Shown: positions 13,233-25,936 of the stretch, in pieces
Layout: every line of letters starts with the position of its first letter
Numbering within the stretch: position 1 is the stretch's first letter
DNA from: Massalongia carnosa
Taxonomy: Eukaryota
Assembly: GCA_965645245.1 (NCBI GenBank)
Contig: OZ287068.1
Location: forward strand, 1,674,001 to 1,738,000
Direction of reading: 5' to 3'
DNA length: 64,000 bases
Notes under the pieces: generated by a model
The model's input: the letters and a program-made list of their open reading frames with translations, nothing else
The model's database searches: none
What the model was told of the DNA's origin: nothing
Made by a program: the position numbers and the translations under genes

Positions 13233-13503
13233 TCAATAATGAAATAGTTGATGTAGTCAAAGGCGTCGTGTTGATGAAATGGAAATAAAATTGCGAAAAG
13301 ACGAACTTTGCTTTCCCCGACTAGAGGCGAACGCCTCGAGTCGGCACGAGGTAAGTGAGAGACTAGCCGACGATTAGCTGTAAAGGAATCTACTGGATAG
13401 TGTCTTGGCACGCTCAGGGTCATATAGGTCACGTGATAAAGTCTTAACTTAATCCACTTTAAGCCCTTCCCCTGGGCACCGACAATTTACCTTCTTTAAA
13501 GCT

Positions 13504-14756
13504 ATGCCCTCTCAAGTTTCGACAACGACTATAAAGCCCACTTCATCAGTCTCTTCCTACCAGACTACATCCAGCGTGGAAAATGACCAGTTCTTCTGGT
13601 CATACACCGAGGAACCACACCGAACAAGGAGACAAGCGATCATTAAAGCCCACCCAGAGGTAACCGACTTCCTGAAAACCCATCCACAGCCAGCGTAGTC
13701 TAACTAATGCAGTGTTTTAGGTCACTAAACTCTGCGGCCCAGAGCCCTTGACTAAATACTGCGTGATTGCAGTGGTTGCGCTGCAATTGCTCTGCGCCGT
13801 AAGTCTACAGAGTCAGCCGATCTTATCCCTCCCGTTCCTCCTTACGGCCTATATCATCGGTGCCACGGCAAACCAGAACCTCTTCCTTGCGATCCATGAG
13901 ATCTCTCACAATCTCGCCTTCAAGACGCCGATAGCCAACCGACTCTTCGCTGTCTTTGCGAATCTCCCTATCGGACTGCCGTACAGTGCTGCTTTCAGGG
14001 TCAGTAGCCCCTGAACCCTGTTTGTGCAGTTGATAAACTGTCAAGTTAACAACCTTGAAGCCGTATCACTTGATACATCACAAGTCTCTCGGAGTGGATG
14101 GGCTGGACACAGATCTACCTACTTCCCTAGAAGCACTCTTTCTAGACTCAGTCCTTGGAAAAGCTTTCTTCTGCACCTTCCAAATCTTATTCTACGCCAT
14201 TCGGCCCATGATGGTTTACCAGATTCCCCTGACCCGCATTCACATCTTCAACATCGCCACCCAGGTGTTATTCGACCTAGCACTACTACGGTACGCCGGA
14301 GCCAATGCTCTAGCCTACCTCATCCTTAGCTCCTTCCTGGCAGGCTCTCTGCACCCTTGTGCGGGGCATTTTATCGCGGAGCATTATGTGTTTGAGAAAG
14401 CGTCGAAAAGCCAACAAAAGCTGTCCGATGCTATTCCTGTGCCGGAGACTTTTTCGTACTACGGGCCGTTAAACATTCTTACCTACAACGTAGGCCTGCA
14501 CAACGAACACCACGATTTCCCTGCAATCCCGTGGACACGCCTGCCTGTACTGCATACAATCGCCAAAGATTTTTATGCCGACTTGCCCTCGCATCAGAGT
14601 TGGGTGTGGGTGATGTGGCAGTTCATCTGGGACAGAGAGGTGGGGCTTTGGTGTAGAGTGAAAAGAGAGAAGGGGGGAAGGAAAGTAGGCGGATGGTGCA
14701 AGGACGAGCTTGGCTCCAGTGAGAAACATGGGGTCCCTGTTGTTGGTGTTAAGTAA
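13504..14756 (+). CDS. DES1: Sphingolipid delta-4 desaturase (DES1/DEGS family), 3 exons
   Basis: FFWSYTEEPHRTRRQAIIKAHPEV; His boxes HEISHN, HLIHH, HNEHHDFP. Confidence 0.93.
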
Positions 14757-15324
14757 ACATTTATTTTAATTAGAGTAGCCCTAAAAAACCTGTCAGTTTC
14801 ATGGCTGCGGGTGTTTTTGGATGCCGTAGCATTTACGATGAACATCCAGATGATCTCGAACACATGTATTACAGACAAAGAAAATGATAGCTGCACGTGG
14901 GTCTTTGACATGCTGTTTACAACAGATAACAGGCTTTGATGGATTATCGTACAAGACACAAAGTGACAAGTAATGAAAATCATATCGGTGGCGTATATTG
15001 GATCGATCATGCGGGAACGCCCTCGAAGTAAACTATCTAGTGCAATCACGGCAATCATACCATGCATCCAAATATCTCGTAGCATCCGTAGCCTCCTCCA
15101 CTGTCCTAGGTTCGAGAGTGAAAATGAAGGCAACCGCAAGAGTTCTTGCATACATGATATCCGTGAATGAGAGACGCCTTCTTCACCCGAACGTAAAACC
15201 CAAGCAGCAGGTGGAATACCATGGTGTACCACCCAAACAGTAACACGAGCGAGTCCGCTGACCGTTCCTCTCTCGTTCTTGACAACTCTTTAGCTTTGGA
15301 TTGCCAATGCTTGGAGAGCGATTA

Positions 15325-16549
15325 TCAAAAGAAAAAGTACGCCAAGAGGAAACTCAGCAAGCATAATGCGGCGACGATCTGGACCGGCACACCATCTGCA
15401 GGCTGCTGCTGAATACCCATCCCTGTCATCCCGGTCGTAATGCGCTCCCTTGAATCTTGATTGATAGCATCGGATTTCTTCTGCGTAAGGCCCTGGTCTT
15501 GAACTTGCTTACTTAGCCTCGAGATTGTTGCTTTCGCCTCAGCTAATTTCGCTCGAAGATCATCTCCAGATGTTGGTATAGCATCCGAACCGTTCGATGC
15601 AGCAGCGCCAAGGGTTGATTGTGTATTCGATGCCAAGCTGTTCGCTGAATTATTTACGTCTTTAACATCTGTGTTGGTTAAAGGTCGTAAATTGCTTTGA
15701 GATGCCGATCCTACGGAAGTATCTACCGCATGGTGTACCGGCGTCACGACGTCAGGTGCAGGGGAGCCGAAAGAAGGTGCAGGTGACCCGTAAGCTGGGG
15801 GGGGGCCATCCACAAGATGCTGTCATAGCGTTCAGAATGTAGCAAGGTGATTTGGCTTGGGTAGCTTACATCTCCATTCACAGTTTCGTGGTTTGAGGTA
15901 GCCCTGGAGCTATCGGCTGGTAGGAAAACGACTCGAATCTTGCGCTCTTGAATAGCGGCTTTTGCAGTCTTTTCCACATTTTGCCACTGCATGACGTGAG
16001 CGTAGGTCACTTAAACATCGGAGCTACTCACGGTAGCTGCAATATTGGATAGATCCCGTTCAGGGGTGATAGCCACAGACTGGACGAGGAACTTATCCCG
16101 ACACCTTACGTCTAGCGGTGGGTCTTCTTTCATGGCTTGAAGGAGAACTTTGGGAGGCATTAGATACCGCATATATGACCGATATGAAGCACCTTCGTAC
16201 CTTGTACCTCAACTTCGCTACCAGGTTCAATTCGTCCAGAGTTGGGGCGGACACAGTATCTGTGAATTCATTAATGGCATAGTCTCCCAATTGCAAGCAG
16301 AACATACTGCTTCGGGGCTGTTGTTTTGACCTGAATACAATTAATACGAGCTGCGCAAGATTTCCACCGTAAATTAACTCACTTTGAATGCTATAGGGTC
16401 TGCGCCTGGATTGCGCAAACGCAGTAACTGGGTGACCTCATAGGTAAAGGGGCCTAGGAGAGTTAAGCGCATGAGCTTATCTAAGTCTACTAGAGAAGAC
16501 AGTGCATACGTCGAAACCAAAGCTCTGCGGGATCCAGTTGTACAGACAT
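15325..16549 (-). CDS. SCS2: VAP/Scs2-family ER protein (MSP domain plus C-terminal TM)
   Basis: MSVQLDPAEL..., AFKVKTTAPKQY, LLQAMKEDPP..RCRDKFLVQS, C-terminal GVPVQIVAALCLLSFLLAYFFF*. Confidence 0.92.
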
Positions 16550-17177
16550 GTTGGTGTTGATGAACTTCAAGATAGTGTTCGCGACTTCTTAACGATTTAC
16601 CGTTTTAAAGGATATAAGAGCAAGACGTAGCCACAACTACCCTCGTTCAGGACAATTCAAGAGCTTGTGAAAGATTCTATCAACAAGGTTAACGGAGGAA
16701 CAACGTCAAAGGGACGGTAGTAGTTGTTATATTTTGTAAGGTTGATTGTTGAACATGGCTGGGCAGAACGAATGTCATGGGCTTGGGTCTTTCGGGAGGA
16801 AAAGCCGTCTTAGCGGCTCCTGAGCACTCCGAAGATATCCCGAGAGCCTCCGAGAATTACCCGAGATATGACGTATGGTGGGGGTACCAAGGGGCAGAAC
16901 CAATACCACACCACACTATGCACACTAAAGCGTTGTCCATGGTTCTCTGGCTCATGAAAATGTAAAAAAGTTTGGGTTTTACTTTAAGTCTTTAACCAAT
17001 GGTTAAAGTATCATCCTTTCTCTCGATTTTTCACTGCAGCTGGATCAAATCGCATACACAAGGAACCCAGAAGTGATAGCTTCCTGCTACTTCGTGACGC
17101 CCCTAGAGCTTCTTAATCTTCAGTCCACGGTAGACTTTAATATATGTTATTAACGAAAATCGTAATCAGTAACAAAA

Positions 17178-18236
17178 ATGGGAGCTTCAGATATAGATGT
17201 GCTTCTGGACATGGGTTTTGACAAGCCTAGGGCAGAACTTGCCGTCAAGAAGACCGGCAGCAGTGAGTTTATTAAGTAGACACACTTGCGATGGTATTTG
17301 GCTTGCTAATTCTATGTCATAGTACAGGGGGCTATTGAGTGGTTAGAGCAAAATCAAGACAAGACTATGGAAGAAATCACAGCGAAAGCTGTCAATGATG
17401 AAACAGATCCATCCATAGAACCCCCTGCTCTCGCCGCTGGTGAACAAGCTCGGAGCTTGATATGCAATGAGTGTGGAAAGAAATTTAGGAGCCAAGCGCA
17501 AGCCGAGTTTCATGCCTCAAAAACAACCCACGTGGATTTTGCCGAGTCGGTTGAAGAGATTGCACCGCTCACCGAAGAAGAGAAGAAAGCTAAGCTTGAG
17601 GAGCTGCGACGGAAGCTTGCAGAGAAGCGAGCTGGTACCTCAGAGCAGGATAAGGCGGATCAGAAGAAAAACGAGGTCAGTAATGTATGTCTGTTGGGAT
17701 ACGCCCAAGTAAATTAACCAGTATAACAGGAAATAAGACGTAAAAGTACCAAGCAGACTCAAGACATCAAGGAAGATTTGCAGAAGAAGGAACAAATCAA
17801 AGAGGCTGCGGCTAAACGAAAAGAAAAGCAGGCAGAAGTTGCGGCCAAAGAGAGGATCAAGGCGAAAATAATAGCGGATAAAGAGGAGAGACGGCTAAGA
17901 ACCGAAAAGGAGAAAGCCGAACGTGAAGGTCGAGCTCCAGCACAAGCGCCTGCGGTGGCTCCAATGCCCACAACATCGGGACCTGTTGTGTCGAAGCCAG
18001 CGTCAGCATATACTGAGACACGGCTTCGACTCCAGACGCCAAGCGGCAATATTCAGAAATCTTTCTCGGTGGAAACTACTCTTTTTGAAGTTGCATCGCT
18101 TTTGGGTCAGGAGACTGGAATCGAAGTGCAGAGCTTTACGCAAAACTTTCCAAAGAAGGTGTTTGATTCAATCGATTTTGGGGCGACGTTGAAAGAGCTT
18201 GGGCTTGTGCCTAGCGCATCATTAATGGTGCTATAG
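17178..18236 (+). CDS. UBA / C2H2 zinc-finger / UBX domain protein (UBXN1-like), 3 exons
   Basis: LLDMGF UBA start, CNECGK...HASKTTH, coiled coil, ETRLRLQT...NFPKKVF...LKELGLVPSASL. Confidence 0.9.
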
Positions 18237-18478
18237 GGCAACATTAAAATTTTGACTCTCATCAATGTTCTTATATGTACGTATTGCAAAGTGCCGGGGG
18301 AGGTCTTCTTCTTGAAGACGAGTAATTATTGAAACGTGCGGTTGGCGCAAAAAGATTTTCATTTTCCCCCTTGTGGTTTAGCTGACATACTCTGTATACC
18401 GTGTATATATACTGTATTCGAGTTGAGCATATGAGGTCAAAGCAAAGCACCTTAAGACGCGTGTGGATGCCACACATA

Positions 18479-19817
18479 CAGTACTAGGCCAAAAGTCTGC
18501 GGCCCCGCACCCCACCAACATTTCAATCATTCTATTCAATCAACAATCAACCACGTCAAGATTGCTGAAATGTCTTGAAACTTTACATAATGATTACATA
18601 CATACTAACCAAGAATTCCCCCAAAAATTGATTTTTAATATTTAGTATACCATCCTTCCGACGCTATACACGCTTTTATCCTCCTATTCATGCTCTCTAT
18701 TAACCTCCTCATCATTTTCACATCTATCAAAGTCCAGGCTTCTTCTATCGCTTTCCAAAGTACCTCACGAACAGTTTCATCACTGCCGATCACCAAATCT
18801 ATGTTCGGGTTGACTTGATAGACGAGCTTTTTGAGCACATACCAAACGTGCTCGATGGGATTTAAATCAGGTGAATAGGGGGGCCAATCGATGACCTCTA
18901 TGCCGTTCTCATTGAACCATTCCATCACCTTTTTAGCCTTATGTATAGGTGCATTATCCTGCATGAATATGAGGCCCGGTTGCCAAATTCCAAGCAGATT
19001 ATCGTTCAATAATTCCATATATGAGTTCGCCGAGTACCCCATCTTCTTCGCAGCAAAATCACGAGCCAATTTGTAAAGATCTGACCTGTCATCTCCCCAA
19101 AAAGCTGCCCAGACCATGACACTGACTCCTTTGCCTTTGGGGACAGGTTGTATCATCTCTTTATTCCATTTTTCTTTCGGCAATCTGAACACCCACTGAC
19201 GCTGTTTTCCTGACCCCTTTTCCACCGAGCACTCATCTGACCATATAACTCTTGACCACTGCTCAAAAGTCCACTCACGCCGCAGCAAGCACCAATCCAA
19301 TCGTTTCTTGGCCACCTCAGGCGTCAATAAAGGTCGTTTTTTAGCCACCCAGTTGGTTAAACCATACAGTTTGAGTGCCCGATAAATAGTCGTACGACTG
19401 CAGCCGAGCCCCACTTCTAGTTTGATTTGTGCATAAGTGATTCGTGGATTGATTCGTGCATGCTTGATGATATAACGTCGATCGCGTTCTGACAGCACTT
19501 CAGGCCGTCCAGAATGTGATTTAGACACGCCGTCGTTGCGAATTGAGTGCTTCTGAATGGTGCTCTGCACGGTCGATTTAGTGACATTAAGAGTCTTCCC
19601 AATCTCGGTCGGTGTGTGCCCCAACGCCTGGGCCCCAACAATCATACCACGTTGATATGGCGTCAATTCAGTGTTACGAGGCCGATTACCACTTATGGGG
19701 GTCAAAGAAGCACGAAGCATGGTGAAATGATGAGGTGGAAGATGGGGGGGTTGATGAGTTGAAAACGCGAAATCACGAAAATTACGGGTTGGGCCGCAGA
19801 CTTTTGGCACGGGATTG
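18479..19817 (-). mobile_element. Tc1/impala-like transposon, 1339 bp, ~27-bp imperfect TIRs, TA TSD
   Basis: TA|CAGTACTAGGCCAAAAGTCTGCGGCCC at the left end and the inverse of CAATCCCGTGCCAAAAGTCTGCGGCCC followed by TA at the right end. Confidence 0.9.
18635..19720 (-). CDS. Tc1-family DD34E transposase, intact ORF (~361 aa)
   Basis: WSDECS, QDNAPIH, then 34 residues to SPDLNPIEHVW; N-terminal HTH; C-terminal GWYTKY*. Confidence 0.93.
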   Translation of the reverse strand: MLRASLTPISGNRPRNTELTPYQRGMIVGAQALGHTPTEIGKTLNVTKSTVQSTIQKHSIRNDGVSKSHSGRPEVLSERDRRYIIKHARINPRITYAQIKLEVGLGCSRTTIYRALKLYGLTNWVAKKRPLLTPEVAKKRLDWCLLRREWTFEQWSRVIWSDECSVEKGSGKQRQWVFRLPKEKWNKEMIQPVPKGKGVSVMVWAAFWGDDRSDLYKLARDFAAKKMGYSANSYMELLNDNLLGIWQPGLIFMQDNAPIHKAKKVMEWFNENGIEVIDWPPYSPDLNPIEHVWYVLKKLVYQVNPNIDLVIGSDETVREVLWKAIEEAWTLIDVKMMRRLIESMNRRIKACIASEGWYTKY

Positions 19818-19988
19818 TAGTTTAGTACCAAAACCTCTTTTCCTTAAATAAATATTATGTGATTACGCGACTCGACAACATAAAAACCTAAACCTAATTA
19901 GCGCGTCATACCTCTTATCTATATGCTATTTACATCAAAAACAGAGCAGTTTGGTTGTCGTATTACTATAGCATAACATGGGTTTATA

Positions 19989-22073
19989 ATGCCAGAGTTA
20001 GTCATTCTACTCATCTTGAGAATGATAGCAACTAAATGAATGTAGCCCAGGTGATCAGCATAAAGGTGCCCGAACATCTCTCAACCCCTTCGAGGAGGTG
20101 AAACCACATATCAACGAATACACTGCAAAAGAGATAGCTACTCTTTCGAGCCGGCTGGAGAAGCAGTTGGGGCCGGAGTATATTTCGTCGAGACCAGGAG
20201 CTTCAGGGCAGAAAGTCCATTATTTGGCTGCGGATAAATGTATCAACTTGGCCAACGATGTATTTGGTTTCAACGGATGGTCAAGTGGGATACAAAATAT
20301 TCAAATTGATTTTGTGAGCTACTGAGTTAGGAATCATAATTGTCCCTTAAACTAAGTCTCCTTCAGGTTGATGAAAGCCAGAGCACAGGCAAGGTTAGCC
20401 TTGGTCTCTCCGTAATTGTTCGAGTAACTCTTCGAGACGGTACATACCACGAGGTAACGCGAGTAAAACGCCGTCGAAGCTGTATCAAGGCTAACGCTAT
20501 CTAAGGATGTTGGATATGGACATATTGAGAACTGCAAGGGGAAAGCTGCAGCATTCGAAAAGGCAAAGAAAGAGGGGACTACCGATGGTTTGAAAAGAGC
20601 TCTTAGGAATTTTGGCAACATGCTTGGAAACTGTGTATACGACAAGGACTACGTGTCGAAGGTCACGAAGCTCAAAGTTGCACCGGTAAGCATATCCTGC
20701 CTTGTAAAAACATGTATTGATGACACACTAGTCAAGATGGGACCCGGAGAACTTACATAGACATCCTGACTATGCCCCAATCAAAAAGGATCCTGTGGAA
20801 AGCCTTCCGCCAAAGCAAGAACGTGCACACATCAAAAACGAGCCTCCCTTGGGAGTAGAGGACGGATATCGTAATGATGTTTCAATGATAGGTAGGATTC
20901 GCTCCAAAATAGGCAGAAAAGCAAAGTTGACGATATGTAGCATCGTCCGAAGATGCTGAAGACGAGTTCGGTAGTAGGTACATTGAGTATTTTCATTCAC
21001 TTTGGTGAGGCTGATCATCTCAGGCGATGGATTTGATGAAGCCGACTTCAGTGTGGCTCAGCAAGAACATCCAGATGGTGTATTGCTGGATGCTTCCACA
21101 TCATCCTCAGAGTTCCTGCCTGGAGGTGGTTTCTTAAGGAGGGGTCACATACCAAATCCCCAAGGAGCGCATAGCCGCACCATGCAGTCGATGAGACCAC
21201 CCACAGCCCGAGCACATGCCGTAACTCGTAGGACCAATCCAGAACCTCATACTCCTTCAAAAGCTGTCGATTCTAGAGACCAAACTGCACAGGGCCAAAC
21301 TCACGGAGAGGCGGTTCCTCTCCCGCAGCATGGGCGAACGGACAATACCTGGCAATCAGTCACACCATTGCAACTAGCTCACAGTTCTTCGATAGGTGGA
21401 ACGGGAATATTACGATCAACCTCTAGCTCGCCACATAGACGAGGAAACCCACAGCCCCTCGATGTCGTTCCAGACAATACGCCCCCTTCCGTTGTTTCCA
21501 ACAGTGTAGAGCATGATCTTCCAATAGGCTTTTTCACAGCGCGAGCAGCCGAGTCCGTTCAGAACATGTCAGGCCTGCCATTGAAGCCTCCTGCGTTCAA
21601 CCCTCGTCTAGAGAGCCCTTCTATTCGCAAAACCGCTGGCGTGGACCACACGAAAACCAAACCGATGGAAAGGGAAGCCATCATAGCACTTCCTGGGGCG
21701 ATACAGCCGAGAAGCAACTTTGTCAATCCACAAATGGACAAGGCCCGACGGGTGGGCATGCCGGTTGTGGCAGCAAGTCCCCTACAGAACCGAAATCTAT
21801 ATAAGCCGCCCCAGATCAAGAGAGCGGCGGAGAAGAATGTGGACCAGTGAGTGTTTTTCGCTTTGCCATGGTCCTTCGGACTTGACCTGGCCAGCTAAGC
21901 TGAGCTAATGGTTGGCATATAGGAATCCGCGCTCTGCTCTCGGCGACGTGACAGCCGCAATGGTCAACGTTCCGTCAGAAGCGGGAGGGGATCCAAAGCG
22001 TCAACGGACAAGCATGGCAGGCGTGACGAGCGGCTTCAATCCCACAGCGATGAATGGGGTGGCAGGGACTTAA
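19989..22073 (+). CDS. RAD52: DNA repair and recombination protein Rad52, multi-exon
   Basis: MPDPGDQH start, [63 protein letters not shown]. Confidence 0.95.
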
Positions 22074-23268
22074 GGGACGATTTGCCTTTCTTTGAGAAGC
22101 CATAGCAGGGAATTTTTCCCCTGGCTTTTTTTCCTTCTTGGCCTTTCGGGTATCATTTTTTGGGAAAAGAAGAATGGGAAAGGGGAAGGGGGGTTTTACG
22201 TAGAGAGAGCATGGAAACAGGGCAAATGAATGGAGCTTCTAGCATTTTTTGTGTTTTAACTACCTACTACTCAGAAAGCCTGGAACGTGTGTGTATGTAT
22301 ACATACAATGAATAGGCATGGATAGCTCCTTTGGGGGGAAGGAGGTTGTTGGCGCTCTCCGTCCCTTGTCCTTCCTTTTCCCTAATAGTTTTGGGCGGCC
22401 CCTTCACCCAAAGAGGGGGTAGGTTAGGGTTAGGGGAAACGATTAGCAGTTAGTTGTTTATCTATCAAACTACAGCGAAACCCCTGACCTACCGGGAGAA
22501 AGAAGAAAAAAAAAGGGGGGGGGGACCTTGGCTAAACAAATGTCCGGTCCCACTCCAATAATGAGATCCACCATGCCCCCCCCAAAAGGTGTGTTGCGCT
22601 AGGTAACTACCTATTTAAACTTAACACCCCTTTTCTTTATTTGTGTTTTTAAAGAAATCCCGTGACGGGGAGGTGAGTTGCCTAGTTAGTTAGCAGATCG
22701 GTTGACGGTAACACACGCACAAAACAGACTCTTCTGCCCCGTAATCACAATCATCCGTCCTCTGTCATCAACTTCATCAACTTCGACCCCCCTAATAGCT
22801 TATGAGGCCACCCCCAAACAGCTTATGAGGCCACTCTTCTCTCTGTCGAGAGAAACTTTCGTGCATTTGTGACTTTTTTTCATTTGGAACAAAAAACTAA
22901 CTAAACTAATTAATAACACAGAAAAGAAAGGCAAGTTGTCTTATCTAGTAAGCAAGATCGGAGACGCCTTCCGTTCTAGGGGGCCCGATGGCTTCCAGAT
23001 ATAGGTGCAGGTAACATTGAAGTGTATTCCAAGCGGAACACAAAAGAAGGAAACAAGGAAAAGAGACGACGCGTCGTGCTTCTCACACCCCTCTCATTGG
23101 GGTGATAAAGCACGACGTATGGAAACAATAGGAAATACTGACCGGCGCAATCTAAGGCGGGGTTTGGTCATCACGAAGCTGGGGAATTAGGTGCTCGTTA
23201 ACAATAATACGCCTTGGCCGGAAAAAGCTGTGTACGAATCCGGTCGCTGTGTCATTGTGCGCGCCAGC

Positions 23269-25936
23269 TTATTTCTGATTCTCCCGTCGATAAAATCCTG
23301 TCTGGTTCATCTGGGACGGGCCCGATGGAGAGTGCGTGGTTTTAAAAACGTTCATAAAGGGAGCTACTCTAGGAGCTGTTTGAGACGGAGGGGTACCTGG
23401 CGCCGATGGATGTAGCTGGCTACTCGACGCTGCTGGTGGCTTCTGATTTCTAAAGAAACCCGTCGAGTTCATCATCGAAGGTCCCGTGCGAGCAGAACCG
23501 AGCAACGGATCACGAGTGGGATTAGGTGATGGAGATTGCCCACTAGTTGATGCTGTAGCTAGACGGGAATGGCCGGTGCGATTGAGCATAGATTCTCCGG
23601 AAGGGGTAGTCACTGGTTCATGAAGGTTGAAGGCTTTTCGCTGATGAGTTGGAACAAGAGACAGATGGTCCTCACTCCCGCGTTGAATAAAACGAGAAGC
23701 GCTAGGCCCCTCCCTACTAAAAATTTGAAGTGGAACATTTTCAAGCAGCGGCCACGGCATACCAGGCCTACTCGGTGCAGTGGTTACAGAACCTGGAGGG
23801 AATGCTGCAAACTTTGATACTGGCGGGCCCTCATCTGCGCTATTCAGGCTTAACCGACCAAACTTGGTAGCAAGCGGAGCAATTGCCGAGCTCACAGATG
23901 GTGTTGGAGATAATAGCAGATCTGACGTAGCAGAAGTAACGGATGCACTTCGATTGAGGCCATGGCGATGAAGGCGGCCGGGCAGCATTTGCGGCCCAAC
24001 AATCATGTCCACATCCTCTGGTTTCCTAGTATCGAAACTTGTGTCCTTACCCCAGGATTTATTATCGACAACAAGCTGTTGAGCCTCTTTAATCTCCGGG
24101 ACAGCCGAAGATATTGCCTTGACTTGAACAGAACTTACCTCCTTGAGAGCTATAGCGGGTACGTCACCTCCTGTGAGTTCTTGGTTGGATGCAGCAACCT
24201 GGACCACGTTGGCTTTCTGATTAGACATATCTGCGGAGGATGTTGACCCCTTAATCTCCTCTTGTAAACGGGGATGGACTTCCTCAAATTGTGGCACCAC
24301 GTCTGGTGAGTTGGGAGAAGCTACCGCAGAAGATGACTTCTCTATATTTTCTTTCAGTTGCGTATACAGCGTATCCAACAGCGGTGCCAAGTCAGGCTTT
24401 AGTTTGTTCCGCAAAGTTGGCAGAAGGTGGGCTAGGCGCTCGCAGAAGTCTACTAGGGCTTTTTCTGGTTTAATTTGAGTATCGGTTACCATTGTGTCAT
24501 CCTTCTCAGGCTCGACAGCAATATCAATAGTCTCGATGGGCTGAGGCTGAGTATTGTCTCCCGCAGCCTTGGTTGGACTTGACTTCAAGCAAAGTAGGTC
24601 ACTACTGTAAGAAGTGTGAGACTCCTTCACCGCCGCCAAAGGCGGCGCAATGCCGTGGTCATCTGTCTTCAAGGTCTCCGTCCCCGTGGAAACAAGAGTT
24701 TCGGAGTAACTATGAGCAACATTACCTGCTTCTAGTATTTCGGTCTTCTGTTCGCCAATGCGAACTTCACTTAGAGCACCCCCTTGAGAAGCCGATGTAA
24801 GGCTCTGATCTGTTGGGCTTGGTGCAGCTTGTACTACTTTCGTCCCAGCGCCTTGTCCAATCGCCGCTGGCGAAGCTGAACGTTTGTTTACGACAGCCAT
24901 GAATGTTTCCGGATCGGCCAAATTCCAATCCATTGGACTGGGCTTTGTTAGCAAATACTCGAGGAAAGAATGTTCGATTACTTACACTGGTGGTTTGTTG
25001 ATACGAGCAGTTACTTCGGGTACAGGTGTCTCAGGGATAGGCATTGATGTATGTTCGCGCTTTGCCTTGCGCCTCTTCTCTCTGGATCGTCTAGGCGTGG
25101 GAGGTGGACTATGAACATCATTGAGTCTTTCCGTGCTTGGAGTCTGCGGCATGGTTGGATTTTGTTCCTCCCGCCGGTTAAGATCGCTCGGCGCTGATGT
25201 GCCAGCTGGAATTCTAAAAAGGGATAAATATCAAAGTCAACAGAGAAAGGTAGAATTCGAGTAAACACACCTCTTTAAACCATGTCGGGCAGACTGGCTC
25301 CCGACATTACCGCCTCCACGACCTCCTCTACCTCCGTTCCTACCCCTCGGACCTCCGCGAGGATGATGGTTAGGGCCTGACGAACCTTCAAGCTGGAGAG
25401 CATGCGGAGAACATTCTTGCATTAATTTAAAGCGATGACTCTGACCACTGTTGATATCTCCCAAATCCTCGCCAACGGTACCATCATCTTGTAAGTCATT
25501 GAATACAGCTAGATTTATCGTAAGCACTTCAAAGAGCAGGCACCTAACAAGAACAAAAACTCACTATTCCACGCTGATAGCTGTGCCTGGTTGGCTTGAG
25601 AATCCCGGTTTTCTTGGGTTCCCGGCCGATTGCTAAGACGAGCCGCCTCTACAGTACTCAAACTAGGTCCATGTCTACGACGTTCTTTAGGATACTCAAG
25701 AGTGGAGATCTGGTTACGACGACATGAGCCCAGGCTTTCCTTTATGTGGGTTTTAGCAAGGATAAAATGGGTAAGCCAAGAGGCATTTCGCTTACCATCT
25801 GAATAACTTTCCACAGTTCTTCTTTGCTTTCTTGCGAGTCTGCGAGAGGCGAAACTCCAGCTTCTAGGCGCAGCTGATCGACTCGATGTCCCGACTGGTC
25901 ACTACGTCCACCGCCGCGGCGGCGGCGGCCTTCCAT
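23269..25936 (-). CDS. Hypothetical low-complexity (Ser/Pro/Ala-rich) protein, multi-exon
   Basis: 561-codon open frame at 23269-24954 plus upstream exons with splice signals; likely ATG at 25936; no recognisable domain; boundaries uncertain. Confidence 0.6.

Larger units (their letters stand above)
9021..13374 (-). mobile_element. Fot1/pogo-like transposon (outer, degenerate), TA TSD, ~73-bp TIRs, interrupted by a second pogo element
   Basis: TIR ATCGTCGGCTAGTCTCTC(G/A)CTTACCTCGTGCCGACTCGAGGCG... at 9021 and inverted at 13374; TA at 9019-9020 and 13375-13376. Confidence 0.92.

Noticed and set aside
13189..13260. Poly-Ile / poly-Met / poly-His ORF extensions
   Set aside because: Translation artefacts of the (ATG)n microsatellite upstream of the outer pogo start codon.
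22422..22435. TTAGGG telomere-like repeats (also TTAGGG-like at ~38035)
   Set aside because: Only two units, expected by chance.
22797..22835. 15-bp direct repeat AGCTTATGAGGCCAC
   Set aside because: Local slippage-type duplication with no associated element.
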